Below are positions 18,846-35,613 of a stretch of DNA of 64,000 bases, one piece after another (the stretch's first letter is position 1; the number at the start of each line of letters is the position of its first letter). This stretch comes from the human T2T-CHM13v2.0 reference genome, Homo sapiens, in the NCBI RefSeq assembly GCF_009914755.1, contig NC_060936.1; one strand, written 5' to 3'. The translations under genes were made by a program, and so were the position numbers. The notes below the pieces were generated by a model. It ran no database searches and was not told where the DNA came from. It was given only the letters and a program-made list of their open reading frames with translations.

Positions 18846-19149
18846 CTTTTTTTTTTTTTTTTTTTTTTTGACGGAGTCTCGCTCTGTCTCCCAGGCTGGA
18901 GTACAGTGGCACGATCTCGGCTCACTGCAAGCTCCGCCTCCCCAGGTTCACGCCATTCTCCTGCCTCAGCCTCCTGAGTAGCTGGGACTACAGGTGCCCG
19001 CCACCACGCCCAGCTAATTTTTTAGTATTTTAGTAGAGTCGGGGTTTCACCGTGTTAGCCAGGATGGTCTCGATCTCCTGACCTTGTGATCCACCCGCCT
19101 CGGCCTCCCAAAGTGCTGGGATTACAGGCGTGAGCCACCGCGCCTGGCC
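18846..19149 (-). mobile_element. AluY
   Basis: Y diagnostics, CpG-rich. Confidence 0.95.
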
Positions 19150-19679
19150 AAGGCTTTGTTTTTATTGTACAATAATGGTGTTAAAATGTTAGGTTATACA
19201 TTCACACAGATAACAGATCAAATATTCTGGACCTCTGATAAATGATCTCTTAGGCTCACAACTCCTTTGCCTACACCTTTCCTCCATCGTAGTATTACAA
19301 AGATAATTCAGAAAGGCTTAAAAATATGCCTACTGTTAATCTTTTCCATTTCATAATTGTGTGCAATCAATAAACTAAAAGGTGTGTAGTTTAATTCAGG
19401 AGAAAGGATAACATTGAGCTCCAATCTTTAATACTTCGTAATTCACATAAAACAGGACAACTCAGAGTTGACTTTTCAAAAACAACTTAATGGTAGCTAC
19501 CATTAATTAATTTGAATACAGCTGAAATGGTGCTTTTGATTCACTGTAAAATGAACAACTGCTAATGATCAGAATGATACTCTCTTTCTAGAGAAAGATA
19601 ATTGAATAATGAAGAGAAAGAGCATTATTTTTTACTTTCTTCATTTATTTATAACATTATTTCTCATTTAAAAATTTTT

Positions 19680-19990
19680 GCCCAGGTATGGTAACTTATG
19701 CTTGTAATCTCAGTACTTTAGGAGGCCGAAGTGGGAAGATCGCTTGAACCCAGGAGTTCAAGAGCAGTCTGGGCAACATAGGGTGACTTCATCTCTACCA
19801 AAAAAATAAATAAATAAATTAGCCGGGCATGGTGGCATGTACCTGTAGTCCCAGCTACTTGAAAGGCTGAAGTGGAAACGATCGCTTGAGCCTGGGAGGT
19901 TGAGGCTGCAGTGAGCCATAACTGTGCCACTGCACTCCAGCCTGGCCCACACAGCAAGACTCTGCCTCAAAAAATAAATAAAGAAAGAAA
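19680..19990 (+). mobile_element. AluJ
   Basis: J-type sense Alu. Confidence 0.9.
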
Positions 19991-20210
19991 TAACAATTTT
20001 CATTTTCCTAGCAATTCTACTTCTAACAGTAAATCCTAAGGAAACAATCAGAGATATGTAAAAAACATCTCTATGTACAGGTGGTCAATGAGTAATTTTT
20101 AATACTAAAAAATAAGAAGTATCTTGAGGATTCAACAAGATGGTGGTTAAGAACCGGTCAAATAATTTTACTCACATAATAGAAAATTATGCAGCTATAA
20201 AACTATAGAC

Positions 20211-20832
<622 letters not shown>

Positions 20833-21849
20833 CTATAGATAAGGCTTAGATCTAGAAAATCATTAATGAGATATTAAAATGTAAAAATAGATCATGACAT
20901 AAGTACAGTATATTTCTAATTGTATGCTTTAAAAATCCATGAATAAGAGAAAAAAACCTAGAAGGGTATATACCAAAATGTTTACCATGTTATTCTGGGG
21001 ATAGATTTTTTTTTCTTCTTTTTTTTTTTTCTGTATTTTTTACCCGTTTGACAATAAATCTATATTATTGTGAAGTTAATGAATCGTTATGTTATTTAAT
21101 ATTTTCCAATCAGCACTGATTAGATTTATGATGACTTAAACATTCAACTCCAAGAACCTTATCCCTGAAAAATTACTGTACTTGTCTTTGTTCTGCGTTT
21201 CATACCAGTGAGTACTAATTTCATTGTCCATAGAGAATAATTCACTGCTGTGAACAAGACTTACATTTTGAGCACAAGCCCTAACATTTGCTCCTTAAAA
21301 GTGGTGTGTGTAAATATAGTATAAGAACTGTGGAAAAATTATTTCATTGCCTGTTAAATAACCATTTGTTAAGTCTAGACAACAGTCATAAATGGTCATT
21401 ATTTATAAAGTTGCCAAAGTGCTTGGGGGAATTGTATAATAAATAGGCAACGTGACCAACACCTCCTTGTACTGCCATACCCCACAAAAAATAAAGAGAG
21501 AGAGAGAGAAAATACATAAATTGGCAAAGATGCTAAATATAGACTAAATTTACTCTGAAAAGTAAAACAAAACAGAAAGGAATGTCACATGCATGGCACT
21601 CACTTCACACAGCAGAGGCCTTGTTCTTCTGACACTCTTCATCTTGTGCCCTCACAACTCCCCTCCCACACAAAAACGCCCCTAACGACAAAACTAGCCC
21701 AATTTCCTTTTCAACATTTTCTCTCAATATTCCCCCATCACTAGCTCTGCACTGTCTAGCTATTCTGACATTCCTCATTGTATCCTCAAAAAGGTTCCTA
21801 TTACTGTCAAGTAGGCCCAGGAAATATTTGACCTAGATTTATTTTATTG

Positions 21850-22200
21850 AGAAATAATGATCAAAACTCCTACTTATTGTATAAAGTAGGGCTTACGGTC
21901 AGTAATAGAAGCACTCAAAAACATGTAGATAATTACAGATGGTGGTCAGGGCAATAAAGGAAAAGATGAAGAAAGAAAGAAAGAAAAGAGCAGATCCGGA
22001 TGCAGAAGGGGTCAGGAAAGTCCTCTCCATTGACAATGGACAATCTCCACTGAAGATGAGCCCTTAGAGATGAGAGCCCGCCAGGAAGAATGGGAATAAG
22101 CATCTTCCTGCAGAGGTGCGGGTACTGGTCCAGGGTGGATGGGGACTCGGGTGAATTCCAAAAGGGCAGGCCAGTGTTGGCTGGACTATGATAAGGGAGT
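21850..22200 (-). mobile_element. L2 fragment
   Basis: Degenerate antisense L2 text (ggggtcaggaaagtcctctc...). Confidence 0.5.
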
Positions 22201-22289
22201 GGGAGGATGCCAGAGCTATTTCAGCCTTGGGCATCCAGCACAGGGGCCAGCAACAGTGTGTGAGCTGTGGCTATTATTATTATCATTAA

Positions 22290-22495
22290 CAACAGAAGCA
22301 ATAGGTAAAATGCATTAAGCACTTTTGATGAGCTAGACACATGCTAAGAACTTTACACATAAGAATGGGTTAATTCTCTACAGTAGCCCTTTGAGATAGA
22401 TATTAAGCAAGAGGTTAATAATTTGTCTAAGGCAGCATGCCTTGAAAAGGGCAGAGCAGGGATCTGCTGACTCTGGAGTCAGGACTCTTCCTCTC
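22290..22495 (-). mobile_element. MIR
   Basis: gctaagaactttacac...ccctttgagataga...gaggttaataatttgtctaagg. Confidence 0.75.
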
Positions 22496-22714
22496 TTTGG
22501 CAGAGTCTCTACTTCCAAGTGTTACACCCAGATGTTCATTACCCCCACAATGGTGGGAAAAGGAACAGTTTTTTGAAAGGGGATACTAAAAAAAACCCCA
22601 AAGAAACAGATTTATTTTCCTAGAAAGATAAACCTACCTATGAACAAAATACAAATCATTCTTGTCTAAAGCCATGGAGTAAGGACAAAGAAAATATGTA
22701 TAGTGTGCTGCAGT

Positions 22715-23216
22715 AGATATGTATGGTTTTTGACTTCCTGACATTTATTTTCCTTTTCTCTAATAAAAATAATTTTTCTCTGGGACACCATCTCTCATCC
22801 ACTCTCAGTTTGTGACAGTTTTGGTGGGGCAGAACCCACCCTCGGGTTTAGGGTGGGACACATGACCCTGTAAACCTAGCCAACTGGAACATTCCATACC
22901 CATGGCCAGTAACTGGTTCAGATATGGTATATGACTGATGGCACATCAGCTCAATTCTGGAACTTTCCTGAATTATTGAGGAAGATACAAACTTACAGCT
23001 GCTGGTGTGCACACCTGCTCCATCTTGGACAATATTGCCTGACAATGAAGCCAGCACAAGAGAAAGACATGCTGAAGAAGAAGAGATGACAGTCCTTAGG
23101 AATCACAAAACATATAGATTCCACCACGCTAGCACAAGATTTAGTCCTGGACTTTTCAACTGAATGAACCAACACATTTCCTTTTCTCAGAGAAGCTATT
23201 TTGAGTTGGATTTTTC
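22715..23216 (+). mobile_element. Old MaLR solo LTR (MLT1K/L-like)
   Basis: ggccagtaactggttcagatatgg...ctggacttttcaactgaatgaaccaacacatttcc...tttgagttggattt. Confidence 0.7.
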
Positions 23217-23392
23217 AAACAGAACAGACCTGGTGTGGATCAGAGTCAGTATAGAGGAAACTGATATGAGGGTCAACAAAGGCCAGTGTTAGCCAAAATA
23301 GCAGAAAGGTGGTCAGAAAGATCCTAAATTTTATGACCATTGAGAAAATTGTTTGAGAATCCCAGTGGTTAGAATGAGTTTGCTCTTCCTTA

Positions 23393-23671
<279 letters not shown>

Positions 23672-24949
23672 TTAATGTATATGACGATCTGTGCTAGGTG
23701 TAGGAATATGATAATGAACAAGAGATAGTCCCTTTCCCCCTTGGAGTTCATCAGCTACTCTAGAGGGCAAAGGAAGGAAGCACAGGCTGGTACACTCACA
23801 TCATAATTTACCCACAAACTAACACAGTACATTCAAAGCAACACCCGAGTAAAAGAAAAGTCTTGGTTCTCTGGTCTGCACAGAAATATCACCCACTGAA
23901 CAGTGTGATGAAACGCTCAAATGTGCAAAAGCCAAAAGATAAAGAGAATGGAAAAGATGAAAAGATCAGCATCTGTAGTAGTAGCAATTATGGGCAGAAA
24001 GACTTAGACACTGGAACTGAGGGACTCCAAGGGGACTTTTGTCTATTTCCAGAAATGAAGATGCTAAAGAAAGAAATTAATCCAGGAAACTGGGGATAGA
24101 ATGTAAGGAGGGACACCACAAAACAGGGCCAACATTAAAAATGCCTCTTGGTGATGCAAACTAATGTTAGGTCTGGGAGCTTTTCCTGGTTTTCACCACC
24201 CCTAGATCCTCCAGCTGATTTCTCCTTCCAACCAATTCCTGTTTCCTCAGATCAATTCTCCATCCAGCTCCCTCTTCAGCGGAGTTGGACATTAGCTGCC
24301 TTCCTGAACTCACAGTCCCTTGTCCTGAAACTAACCAAGGGCTCCTGGGGTATGGTTTCCTATATTCTTTTGTGTCCCAGTCTTCAGACCTGGACTTTTT
24401 CTTTGGTTCCTGCTACACTGCTTAGTTCTAACAGCTCTCTCATCTGACTCCCTGAACTTATGTGTAGAAGGTTCTCATTTCTGAGTTCCTGAACTCTGCT
24501 CACCTGGGCAAGATGCTGCCACTTTCTTTGGGTCATCTGATGCCTGAATAGCCCCTGAGCCCATCACTGTCTTCTCCTACCTCTTCCCATCCCTCTTGTC
24601 CACCCTTTCATCTTGAAGAGCTTTTCTTCACTTGGTGTGCATAGTTTTTGCTCCATTTGCTATGAGGACTCATTAAGTTTCATGTTCATATAATGGCAAA
24701 TTTTATCCATCTTTGGGAGGGTTACTGGTACGTATACATATTATAATTAGCAATGCTCTTAAATTAACTCTTTGGTAAAACTACATGTAATCCACCTATA
24801 GAGTTGTTTTGGCTCCTCTTGATTCTTACATTTACAAAAATTTCAACATAAAGATCCTATTTAGGTGTTGCTAAATTAAAACACCTCACTCAACACAAAT
24901 ATGCCTAATAAATTATCTGTTTTGCTTTACCTGGGGCCTAAGTAGAGAC

Positions 24950-25269
24950 TTTTTTTTTTTTGAGACAGGGTCTTACTCTGTCACCCAGGCTGGAGTGTAG
25001 TACTATAATCATGGTTCATGATTCATCACAGTTCATCAATGTAGCCTCAACCTCCTGAGCTCAAGTGATCCTTCTGCCTCAGCCTCTGGAGTAGCTGGGA
25101 CCACAGGTGTGCACCACCATGCTCAGCTAATTTAAAAAAAATTTTTTTTTGGAGAGACAGGGTCTTGCCATGTTGCCCAGGCTGGTCTCGAACTCCTGGG
25201 CTCAAGCGACCATCCTGCCTCTGTCTCCCAAAGTGCTGGTATTATAGGCATGAGCCACCATGCCTGGTC
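24950..25269 (-). mobile_element. AluJ
   Basis: J-type; small internal duplications at 25010-25040. Confidence 0.92.
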
Positions 25270-25719
25270 ATCTGAGACTATTCTTAAACAAATCTGCCAG
25301 GGAACAAAAACCCAAACCAAACAAAACGCAGTAATATTGACCATATCAAACAGGCTTGAATACCAACTCTGTTTTACTGAATATTTAACCATCACTTTGA
25401 TTCAATCATTCAACAAATATTTAATGAGTGTTTACTGTGTACCAGACAGTGATTGAAGCCTTGGAGATTTAGTGGAAAACAAGACATTTTCTGAATATTT
25501 CATATGTGCTGATTAGCAAACTACGCTCTCCTCCTTTGTGGAACCACTACTTGGTAAATTCAACTTTTATCCCTTCCTGTGCTTTGGGGACTCTGCCCAA
25601 GATACACTCCCAAAATGGCATGTCCATCTCAGGACTCACTTGTTCAAAGAAGCATTCTTTCAACCAAACAATCGTGTAACAGTAATACTGAAATAAAACA
25701 ATGACATAATGCAATGAAA

Positions 25720-25838
25720 CCTATCACCTATAGATAACAAAACTGAGGCAAAGGGAAGTTAAAAACACTTTCCCAAGGTCATCCAAAGAGTGTCTGTTGG
25801 GAGAAGTATTAAATCTCTTGACTCTTAATCTAGTGCTC
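25720..25838 (-). mobile_element. MIR
   Basis: aaactgaggcaaagggaagttaaaaacactttcccaaggtca. Confidence 0.75.
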
Positions 25839-25840
25839 CT

Positions 25841-25966
25841 GGCTGGGTGTGGCTCACATCTGTATTCCCAGCACTTTGGGAGGTTGAGGAGACAGGATCG
25901 ATTGAGCTCAGGAATTCGAGACCAACCTGGGCAACATAGGGAGACCCTGTCTCTAAATATATATAT
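25841..25966 (+). mobile_element. FLAM
   Basis: Left monomer only. Confidence 0.85.
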
Positions 25967-25989
25967 CCAGTGCTCTTTCTTCTCTTTCA

Positions 25990-26171
25990 TTGTCCAATAT
26001 AGTAGCCATTAGGTCCATGTGGCTATTTAAATTTAGATTTAGAAATAAGAATCCAGTTCCTCAGCTTCACTAGCTACCTATCAAGTTGCTCAACAGCTAG
26101 TAGCTTCATACTAGGCAGCAAAAAAAAATAGATGGTCTCCATCATTGCAGAAGGTTCTGTTGGATAGTGAT
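25990..26171. mobile_element. MER3 (hAT-Charlie)
   Basis: tgtccaatatagtagcca...catgtggctatttaaattt...ccatcattgcagaaggttctgttggatag. Confidence 0.8.
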
Positions 26172-26208
26172 CTGGGGTCAAAAACACAGTGCTTGTATTG
26201 TTCTGACT

Positions 26209-26395
26209 CAGCATTTCTCAAACTTAAATGTGCATAGCATTCACCTGGAGATGCTGTTAAAATGCTGATTCTGATACAGAAGGTAGGGGTGCGGGGGTGG
26301 AAGTGTTGACATTTTACAATACTAATAAACTCTGAACAACAGAACTGCTACTGGTCAGAGGATCACTCCATGTCCCGAGCATGGAGTATCAAGAT
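26209..26395. mobile_element. MER5-family (MER5A/B)
   Basis: cagcatttctcaaactt...tcacctggagatgctgttaaaatgctgattct. Confidence 0.75.
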
Positions 26396-26990
26396 TCTAG
26401 CTCATCATTCTTTTTCCCTTCTCTGAACTTCTACTAGAGTTAATACCATATGGTTTAATGCCCTAATAGTTTGATGTGTATCTTTTTTGTCTTCCTAATT
26501 AGATTTTAAGCTCATTAAGACACAGAACCACATATTATTGCTCTTCACATCCCTAATTAGGGACCACACAGTGTAGGGATACAAGGGAAGTAAGTTTTCC
26601 TATCTTTAAGTGCATTATATATGATGCAGTTTGTTGCAAATTGCTGCAATGTGACACATAAATACAGTTTCTTGTTTCTTTTTTAAAGACATTAGGTCTT
26701 TTATCTAACCATTTATTGCCTTAGATTTCCCAAAAGTTAGAGAGTGGTAGCTATGCTAGCTCAACTTCAAGAAAAAAACATGGGAAGTAATTCTGTTTAG
26801 CAGATTTAAAATGAATTTTAAATTTTAATATAGCATACATCAAATAATTTAAGAAATAGCTGGAAAATATAATGTAATTTGATAGCTGAAGGAATGCTGA
26901 ATAGTATCCTGAAAGTACAAAAACTTGAACATCAAAGTTCTGTCTTGAAGTTAGAAAATGATTAAAATATTCACAAAAGTAATACAATCT

Positions 26991-27391
<401 letters not shown>

Positions 27392-28069
27392 TTATGAGCA
27401 CAATTCTTATGATGGCTTTCCATCCAAAATTTCCTATTTTTCTAGAAATCTCAGCAATCACTATTTGTAATCAGTTATTAATTAAAAGCTTTAGAGTTAG
27501 GTTTATAAAGTCAGTCATTTTTGTATTTTGAAAAGTCACATATTTATGCATTAAGTTTTTTTAAAGAGTCCTTTGTGCCTTCTTAAATGTATTCCTGACA
27601 AAGCAACAAGAAAAAAGTTTTATTAATGCACAAGACTGAAAGAAATGTCAAGTATGCTAGGGTTCTGGTTTTGATTTTGGACTTCAGAGAAAGTTAAAGA
27701 AACAGTGGAACACTGCCTTTAATTACAATCTAATGTCCTGGAGAATACTTGATATCTCTCCCAGTGGGCATTCTAGGCGGTGTGAGAAGAAAATCAACTG
27801 TGATCAGTACAACATAGACTCATTCCACCTAGTCAAGTTAATCAGGGATTATATTGTGTGTACATCATGAACCTCCCTGGTTTTGTTTAAGATGGTGTTT
27901 TTCACATTAAAAGATGGAAATGTTTCAAGAGTTAAATCCATAGCTTTACTCATGCTACATAACATAAGCCAATAAAAGTTTGTGCTAAGATTCCTCAAAC
28001 TCCCACTTCACTGTGGAGAGGATAACTGATAGAATGTTTCCCTCAGGAGGAGATAAGCAGCTCTGATAG

Positions 28070-28320
28070 AAAGATGGCTGCAGTGTCACAGTTAAGAGTT
28101 TGGGTCTGAAGTTGCTACCTGAAAACAAATTCTCTACTCAGCCTCCTCATCATGTTGGTCTTAGGAAAATTATCTCTTTAAGACTCAGTTTCTTCATTGG
28201 TGAAATGGGAAGGCAAGGAGGATTGTTAGGAGCATTAAATGCAATACTGACCATATGGCACTTATAGTAAACAAATATTTAGCATATAGTAAGCTTTAAA
28301 TGAATGCTAATTATTTTTTA
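28070..28320 (+). mobile_element. MIR
   Basis: ctcagtttcttcattggtgaaatggga core. Confidence 0.75.
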
Positions 28321-28364
28321 TTATATCTGAAAGAGATTTATCATAGCTTGGTGGTCATGAAATA

Positions 28365-28705
<341 letters not shown>

Positions 28706-29043
28706 TAAGATCCTCTCACTTTGTGGTTGTATTTAGAAATCTTTCCTCAAATTATACAACATATCTATTTATGGGTAGAATAGAGAGGTATTTGGTTTTT
28801 TTTTCATTTAAACAAGTATGTTAGCTGCTCACTTGGAATTGCTCTATAGCCCCCATTCAGAGATAAATAATTCAAAGAACTGAAGTACAATTTCAAGAAA
28901 TATATTAATATACAAATACAGTTGGTAACATAAGATGCACTTTTCCAGAGGAAAACTTTTAGGCATCGGTTGCTGAAATGAGGTCCAGATAGCTCAGAAC
29001 AAAACAGAAGTTGGCGATTATATGCATAATTTATACTATATAA

Positions 29044-29440
<397 letters not shown>

Positions 29441-30120
29441 ACCCCCACTCTTCCTTTTTTGAGCACAGAACTGTTTTCCTCATCAAAGTCAAGAGACAGC
29501 AGTCCCAGTAACATCCTCCAAGGCTGGCCAGGTGACTGTCACTAGCCAAAGAGCTTGTGTATCAGCACAGTCAGGTGAGAAAGGATCAGAAGTGCTTGTT
29601 CCCTACATTAGGCTGACCTTTCCTTGAAGGTAGAATAGTGAGCATGTTCACGTTTAAGATCATGTTTATGACAGAGCAAGTCAAGAAGGGGATCCATGCT
29701 CCCCTCTAGCCATAGGGTTCAGGAAGCACAGAGCCAGGAAGAGAAACGGGCTTGCAACATCTCATTTGTGTAGTCCTTTCAAGTTTATGAAGTCATACTA
29801 GAACTCACTCGAACATAGTCCTCAGGGGGCTAGTATAATTGTTTTATCTTACCAAGAAAATGAAGCTATGAGAGGAAGATGGCTTGCCCAGGAAATTTCA
29901 GCAGCCTAGTAAGGAGCAGAGCTAGAAGCTACTCCCTCATCACTCTACGAACAGGGTGTGAGAAGACAGCTAAGGGGGCAGAAATGCCAAGAATTTTGAT
30001 ATGATGGTGTAAGATGTCACCAAGATATGGCTTGTGTGGTCTTTGGTTTTTTTTTTATGCTGTCAAAGAAAGTAAGATAAAACTAGGGCTTTTATATGAT
30101 TTTTTTTCATAATGTTATTA

Positions 30121-30526
<406 letters not shown>

Positions 30527-30643
30527 CTAACCAGGATCCAATAAGGTTGTATTTTGCATTTTGCAGGACAGTTGTCTTACAGAAGGGCCCACATTCAAGA
30601 TTTGGTTGTTTACGTTAACTTCTAACATATTCTGCTAGCCCCT

Positions 30644-31011
30644 TGCTATGGTCTGAATGTTTGCGTCCTCTAACCCCCAAATTCATATGGTGAAACCTAA
30701 TTACCAGTGTGATGGTTCTAGGAGGTGGGCGATTGGGAGGTGATAGGTCATGAAGGCAGAGCTCTCACAAACAGGATTCATTGTCCTTATGGGAGAGGCC
30801 TCAGAGAGCTGCCTTGCTCTTTCCACCATATAAGGACACTGCGACAGGCATCATTTATGAACCAGAAAGCAAGCCTTCACCAAATACCAAATTTGCCAGT
30901 GCCCTGATCTCAGGCTTCCCAGTCTTCAGCCCTGTGAGAAATACATTTCTGTTGTTTATAAGCCAGCCAGCCCAAGGTGCTTTGTTACAGCAGTTCAAAT
31001 GAATGAAGACA
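30644..31011 (+). mobile_element. MLT1A0-like complete solo LTR
   Basis: TGCTATGG...AAGACA termini with a perfect 5-bp TSD CCCCT. Confidence 0.9.
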
Positions 31012-31171
31012 CCCCTTTATTTCCTATAAACTGTGTAAGGCTTGCTAAGATTCAGGCTAAATGTTCTTGAAAAGAAGATTTCACTGGTGACACTGTGTAC
31101 AGTTGACACTTGAACAATGTAGGTGTTAGGGGCGCTGACTTCCTGAGCAGCCACAAATTCATGTATAACTC

Positions 31172-31302
31172 TTTTTTTTTTTTTTGAGATGGGGTCTCAC
31201 TATGTTGCCCAGGCTGCACTCGAACTCCTGAGCTCAAGTGATCCTCCTGCCTCATTCTCCCGCAAGGCTGGGACTATGGGTATGTGCCACCGCATCCAGC
31301 TC
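31172..31302 (-). mobile_element. FLAM
   Basis: Antisense monomer. Confidence 0.85.
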
Positions 31303-31333
31303 TACATGGAACTTTTGACTCCTCAAAACTTGT

Positions 31334-31624
31334 TTTTTTCTTTTGAGATGGAGTCTCGCTCTGTCGCCCAGTCTGGAGTGCAGTGGCGCGATCTTGGCTC
31401 ACTGCAAGCTCCACTTCCTGGGTTCACGCCATTCTCCTCCCTCAGCCTCCTGAGTAGCTGGGACTACAGGTACCCACCCCCATGCCCAGCTAATTTTTGT
31501 ATTTTTAGTAGAGGTGGGGTTTCACCGTGTTAGCCAGGATGGTCTCGATCTCCTGACCTCGTTATCTGCCTGCCTCAGCCTCCCAAAGTGCTGGGATTAC
31601 AGGCGTGAGCCACCGCACCCGGCC
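31334..31624 (-). mobile_element. AluY
   Basis: Y diagnostics; TSD actcctcaaaa. Confidence 0.95.
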
Positions 31625-32788
31625 AACTCCTCAAAATTTAAATAATAATAGCCTGCTGTTGACCAGAAGCCTCACTGATAACGTAGTTGATTAACACATA
31701 TTTTGTATAAGTATTATATACTGTATTTTTACAATAAAGTAAGCTAGAGAAAAAATGTTAAGAAAATCATAAGGAAAAGAAAATACATTTACTATTCATT
31801 AAGTGGAAGTGGATAATCATAAAGGTCTTCATCCATGTCATCTTATGTCAAGTAGGTTGAGAAGAAGGAAGAGAAGGGGCTGGCCTTACTATCTCAGGGG
31901 TGGCAGAGGTGGAAGAAAATCCACATATAAATGGACCTGCACTGTTCAAACCTGTGTTGTTCAAGGGTCAACATTGCTGCCCATCAAGAAACATACTAGG
32001 CTGCCTCACTATTTACAAATTTACGAGTGATCACTTGATTATGTTGGTCAGCACCAGATTTTTCCATTAGGAAGGTATGTATTTTTCTTTATCAGTATAT
32101 GTAAAGTATAGCTAATTATATAGTAGATGTAATTTTTTTTGTAGTCTGTCAATGCACTATTCCTCAACAATCTTCCCACTTTTCCAGCTAATTTTTGTTG
32201 TATTTGTCATCTATCATCACTAACAATTAAAATCCTCTGCAACTTTCAGGATTTGGGCTGGGAATCTGCTGAGGCAAAATCTCCCCTACTCCCATCTTCC
32301 CATCTCCCATAATGTTAACATTTATGGACCTAACTTCAGGCCCCTAAAGATAAGCCAAGTAAAAGTTAGTGAACATTACCCTTTGCAGGACAGGAGAGTT
32401 CCATCAGGAAGTTCCCTCTCTACCAAAAACTCTAAAGATAATGCTAACCCTCTGATAGAACTAGTTATGCTCTTAAAAATTTTTATTTTTTATCTTATCA
32501 AAGTAATATATAAGTACTTGTTTTTAAGAGCAAAATAGTGAGGGCTAAAAAGTCTTACAACAGAAATGGTAGTTACCTGGCTGCTGAAGGCAATCACTTT
32601 TGTCTCTTTGTGCTATTTCTTCTGAGATTTACCTCTACATTTCAAAATAATATGTAGAGACTACCACAGTTGATTTTACAACTTGAGTCTGGTCTGACCT
32701 CCTGTTATCACATATGAGGATTAGCTGCTTTCCTTCTCCTTGCTTTGCAGGAGAAGTGGAAAAGAGCTCCTAGGACTACCACGCTGAA

Positions 32789-33104
32789 TTTTTTTTTTTT
32801 TTGAGATGAGGTCTTGCTCTGTCACCCAGGCTGGAGTGCAGTGGCAAGATCATGGTGCAGTGGTATGATCATGGCTCACTACAGCCTCAACCTCCTGGGC
32901 TCGAGTGATCCTCCTGCTTCAGCCTCCTGAGTAGCTGGGACTACAGGTGCGCATCACCATGCCCAGCTAATTTTTTTATTTTTTGTAGAGATGGGGTTTC
33001 GCCATGTTGCCCAGGGTAGTCTAGAACTCCTGAGCTCAAGTGATCTACTCAGCTTCTTCCCCTCAAAGTGCTGGGATTACAGGTGTGAGCCACCATGTCT
33101 GGCC
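32789..33104 (-). mobile_element. AluJb-like with 19-bp internal duplication
   Basis: TSD cac(g/a)ctgaatttt. Confidence 0.93.
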
Positions 33105-33366
33105 TCACACTGAATTTTAACAGCACCTAGCACATAGTTAGTAGGCACTGAAAAAAACTTGTTGAATGTCATTCAATGAATGACACACATATCCAAATGC
33201 ACAAAGCCATGCTGCATTCTGCAGTTTCTCATTGTAAGAATGTACTGGGCAGAATGGAAGAGAAATACATAATTTCCCAAAGTCTCATGCATTAAATTGT
33301 TTATTTGTATCTTGTTTTAGTATGTTCTTGGAAAACATTAAAACTGAACACACTAAAATATTTTGG

Positions 33367-33913
<547 letters not shown>

Positions 33914-34305
33914 TCAGACCTTTGCCTTGTAGAATTTCAAAGCCTGATGCCAAGCCAAAAAATGAAAGAAGGATGTATAAGTTATGAATACTCTGAAAAG
34001 ACTCCCACCTCATTAATATGTCTCAAAACACATTGCTTAAGGGTAAAGTTAATTAAATCACAGTACACATAAATTTGAAAAGGACTGGTAATCAATCACA
34101 GACAAAATTATGTTATATTGAGACAAAATGAGAATAGTGGACATAAACAAAAATTAAGTGAAAACAGATTCACACAATGGAAGGAACTTTTCACCTGACT
34201 TAATGCTGACTCTCTATGCTATCCAGCTTTCAGGGATATTTGAGGCAAACTGAGTAAAGAATTAAATATTATTCTTCACTTGAGATCTTTTAAAGTAGTG
34301 AATCT

Positions 34306-34586
<281 letters not shown>

Positions 34587-35049
34587 TTAGCACTTGATAA
34601 TTTCTTAAGCTGGCTATAAAACTCTTAAATTTACTGGCTGAATTATGCAGTTTTGTGGCTTTTTCGAAACCTTTATATGTGTTTTCTTGTTGTCTGTCCT
34701 TGGGCCTTTCACTTTCATTTCAACTATTTTGCAAGAAAAGAAAAGAAAGAAACTTGAACCAGCCATTCTTATTACTTGTTAACAGTTCTGACAAAATATA
34801 CCCCAAGTTTTTGCTTGTTTTGTTTTGAATTAGTTGCAAGTTCCAAGTATTCATGCATTCTCACTAATATAGGAACAATCAACAGGAGGTGTGAAGTTAC
34901 CTTCTGTAGCTGGAATAATTTCTATCCCTGAAAAGTTATTTCCCTGATAAATCTTCCTCCTATAACATAGAAACTTAGAATTGGAAGGGTCTTAGTAATA
35001 AGCTACTTCAAACCTTTACTGAGGCATCTTCCTAGCAACTACTACTAGG

Positions 35050-35462
35050 AGGAAGTGATGTATGGTGGAAAGAACAAAGGTTTGGGAGACAGACAGACCT
35101 AATTAATAACCCTGGTATGCCATCTAAAACTTTTGAATTTCAGTTTATTTATCTGTAAATGAGGCTAGCAAAAGGTATTCATGAGGCCCTTGGGCAGATT
35201 ATGTAATATAACAGATGTACAAAGGCCAGCAGCACCATGCCATGGATAAACCGCAGGACTTGGAGTTGGAGCTGAACCCAGCAGGGTCCTGTCCCAGCTT
35301 TGTCTCTTCAAGGCTGTGTGTTTCTGGACAGGTCACTTATCTTCTCTAAGGCCCAGTTTTCCTATCTGTAAAATGGGAAAAAATACACCTAATTCTTGAT
35401 ACTATTTTTAAAGACTGAATGGGATAACGTATACTATGCTCAAATAATATGATCTATTATCA
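35050..35462 (+). mobile_element. Two adjacent MIRs
   Basis: Two cores: cagtttatttatctgtaaatgagg and cagttttcctatctgtaaaatggg. Confidence 0.75.
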
Positions 35463-35613
35463 TTAGGTCAATTCAGATTAAAAGCTAGGAGCTGGATAAA
35501 CCCACTTCCAAGGTTCTCGGATTAACAATGTTATATACATAATAAAGGCAGCTATGTTTATAACTGATAATGTTAATTTACGAGAGGAAAATCAAGGTTA
35601 CACATTCATAGTA

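Larger units (their letters stand above)
31100..31972 (-). mobile_element. Tigger2a (MER28) split by FLAM and AluY
   Basis: TIRs cagttgacacttgaacaa / ttgttcaagggtcaac with TA at the left end. Confidence 0.85.

Noticed and set aside
21264-21349. Minus-strand exon-like segment (tttaacag...AAT|gtaagt, 86 nt)
   Set aside because: Stops in all three frames, weak pyrimidine tract and no partner exon
24856-24865. Perfect CArG box CCTATTTAGG
   Set aside because: An isolated hit of this kind is expected by chance in 64 kb of AT-rich DNA
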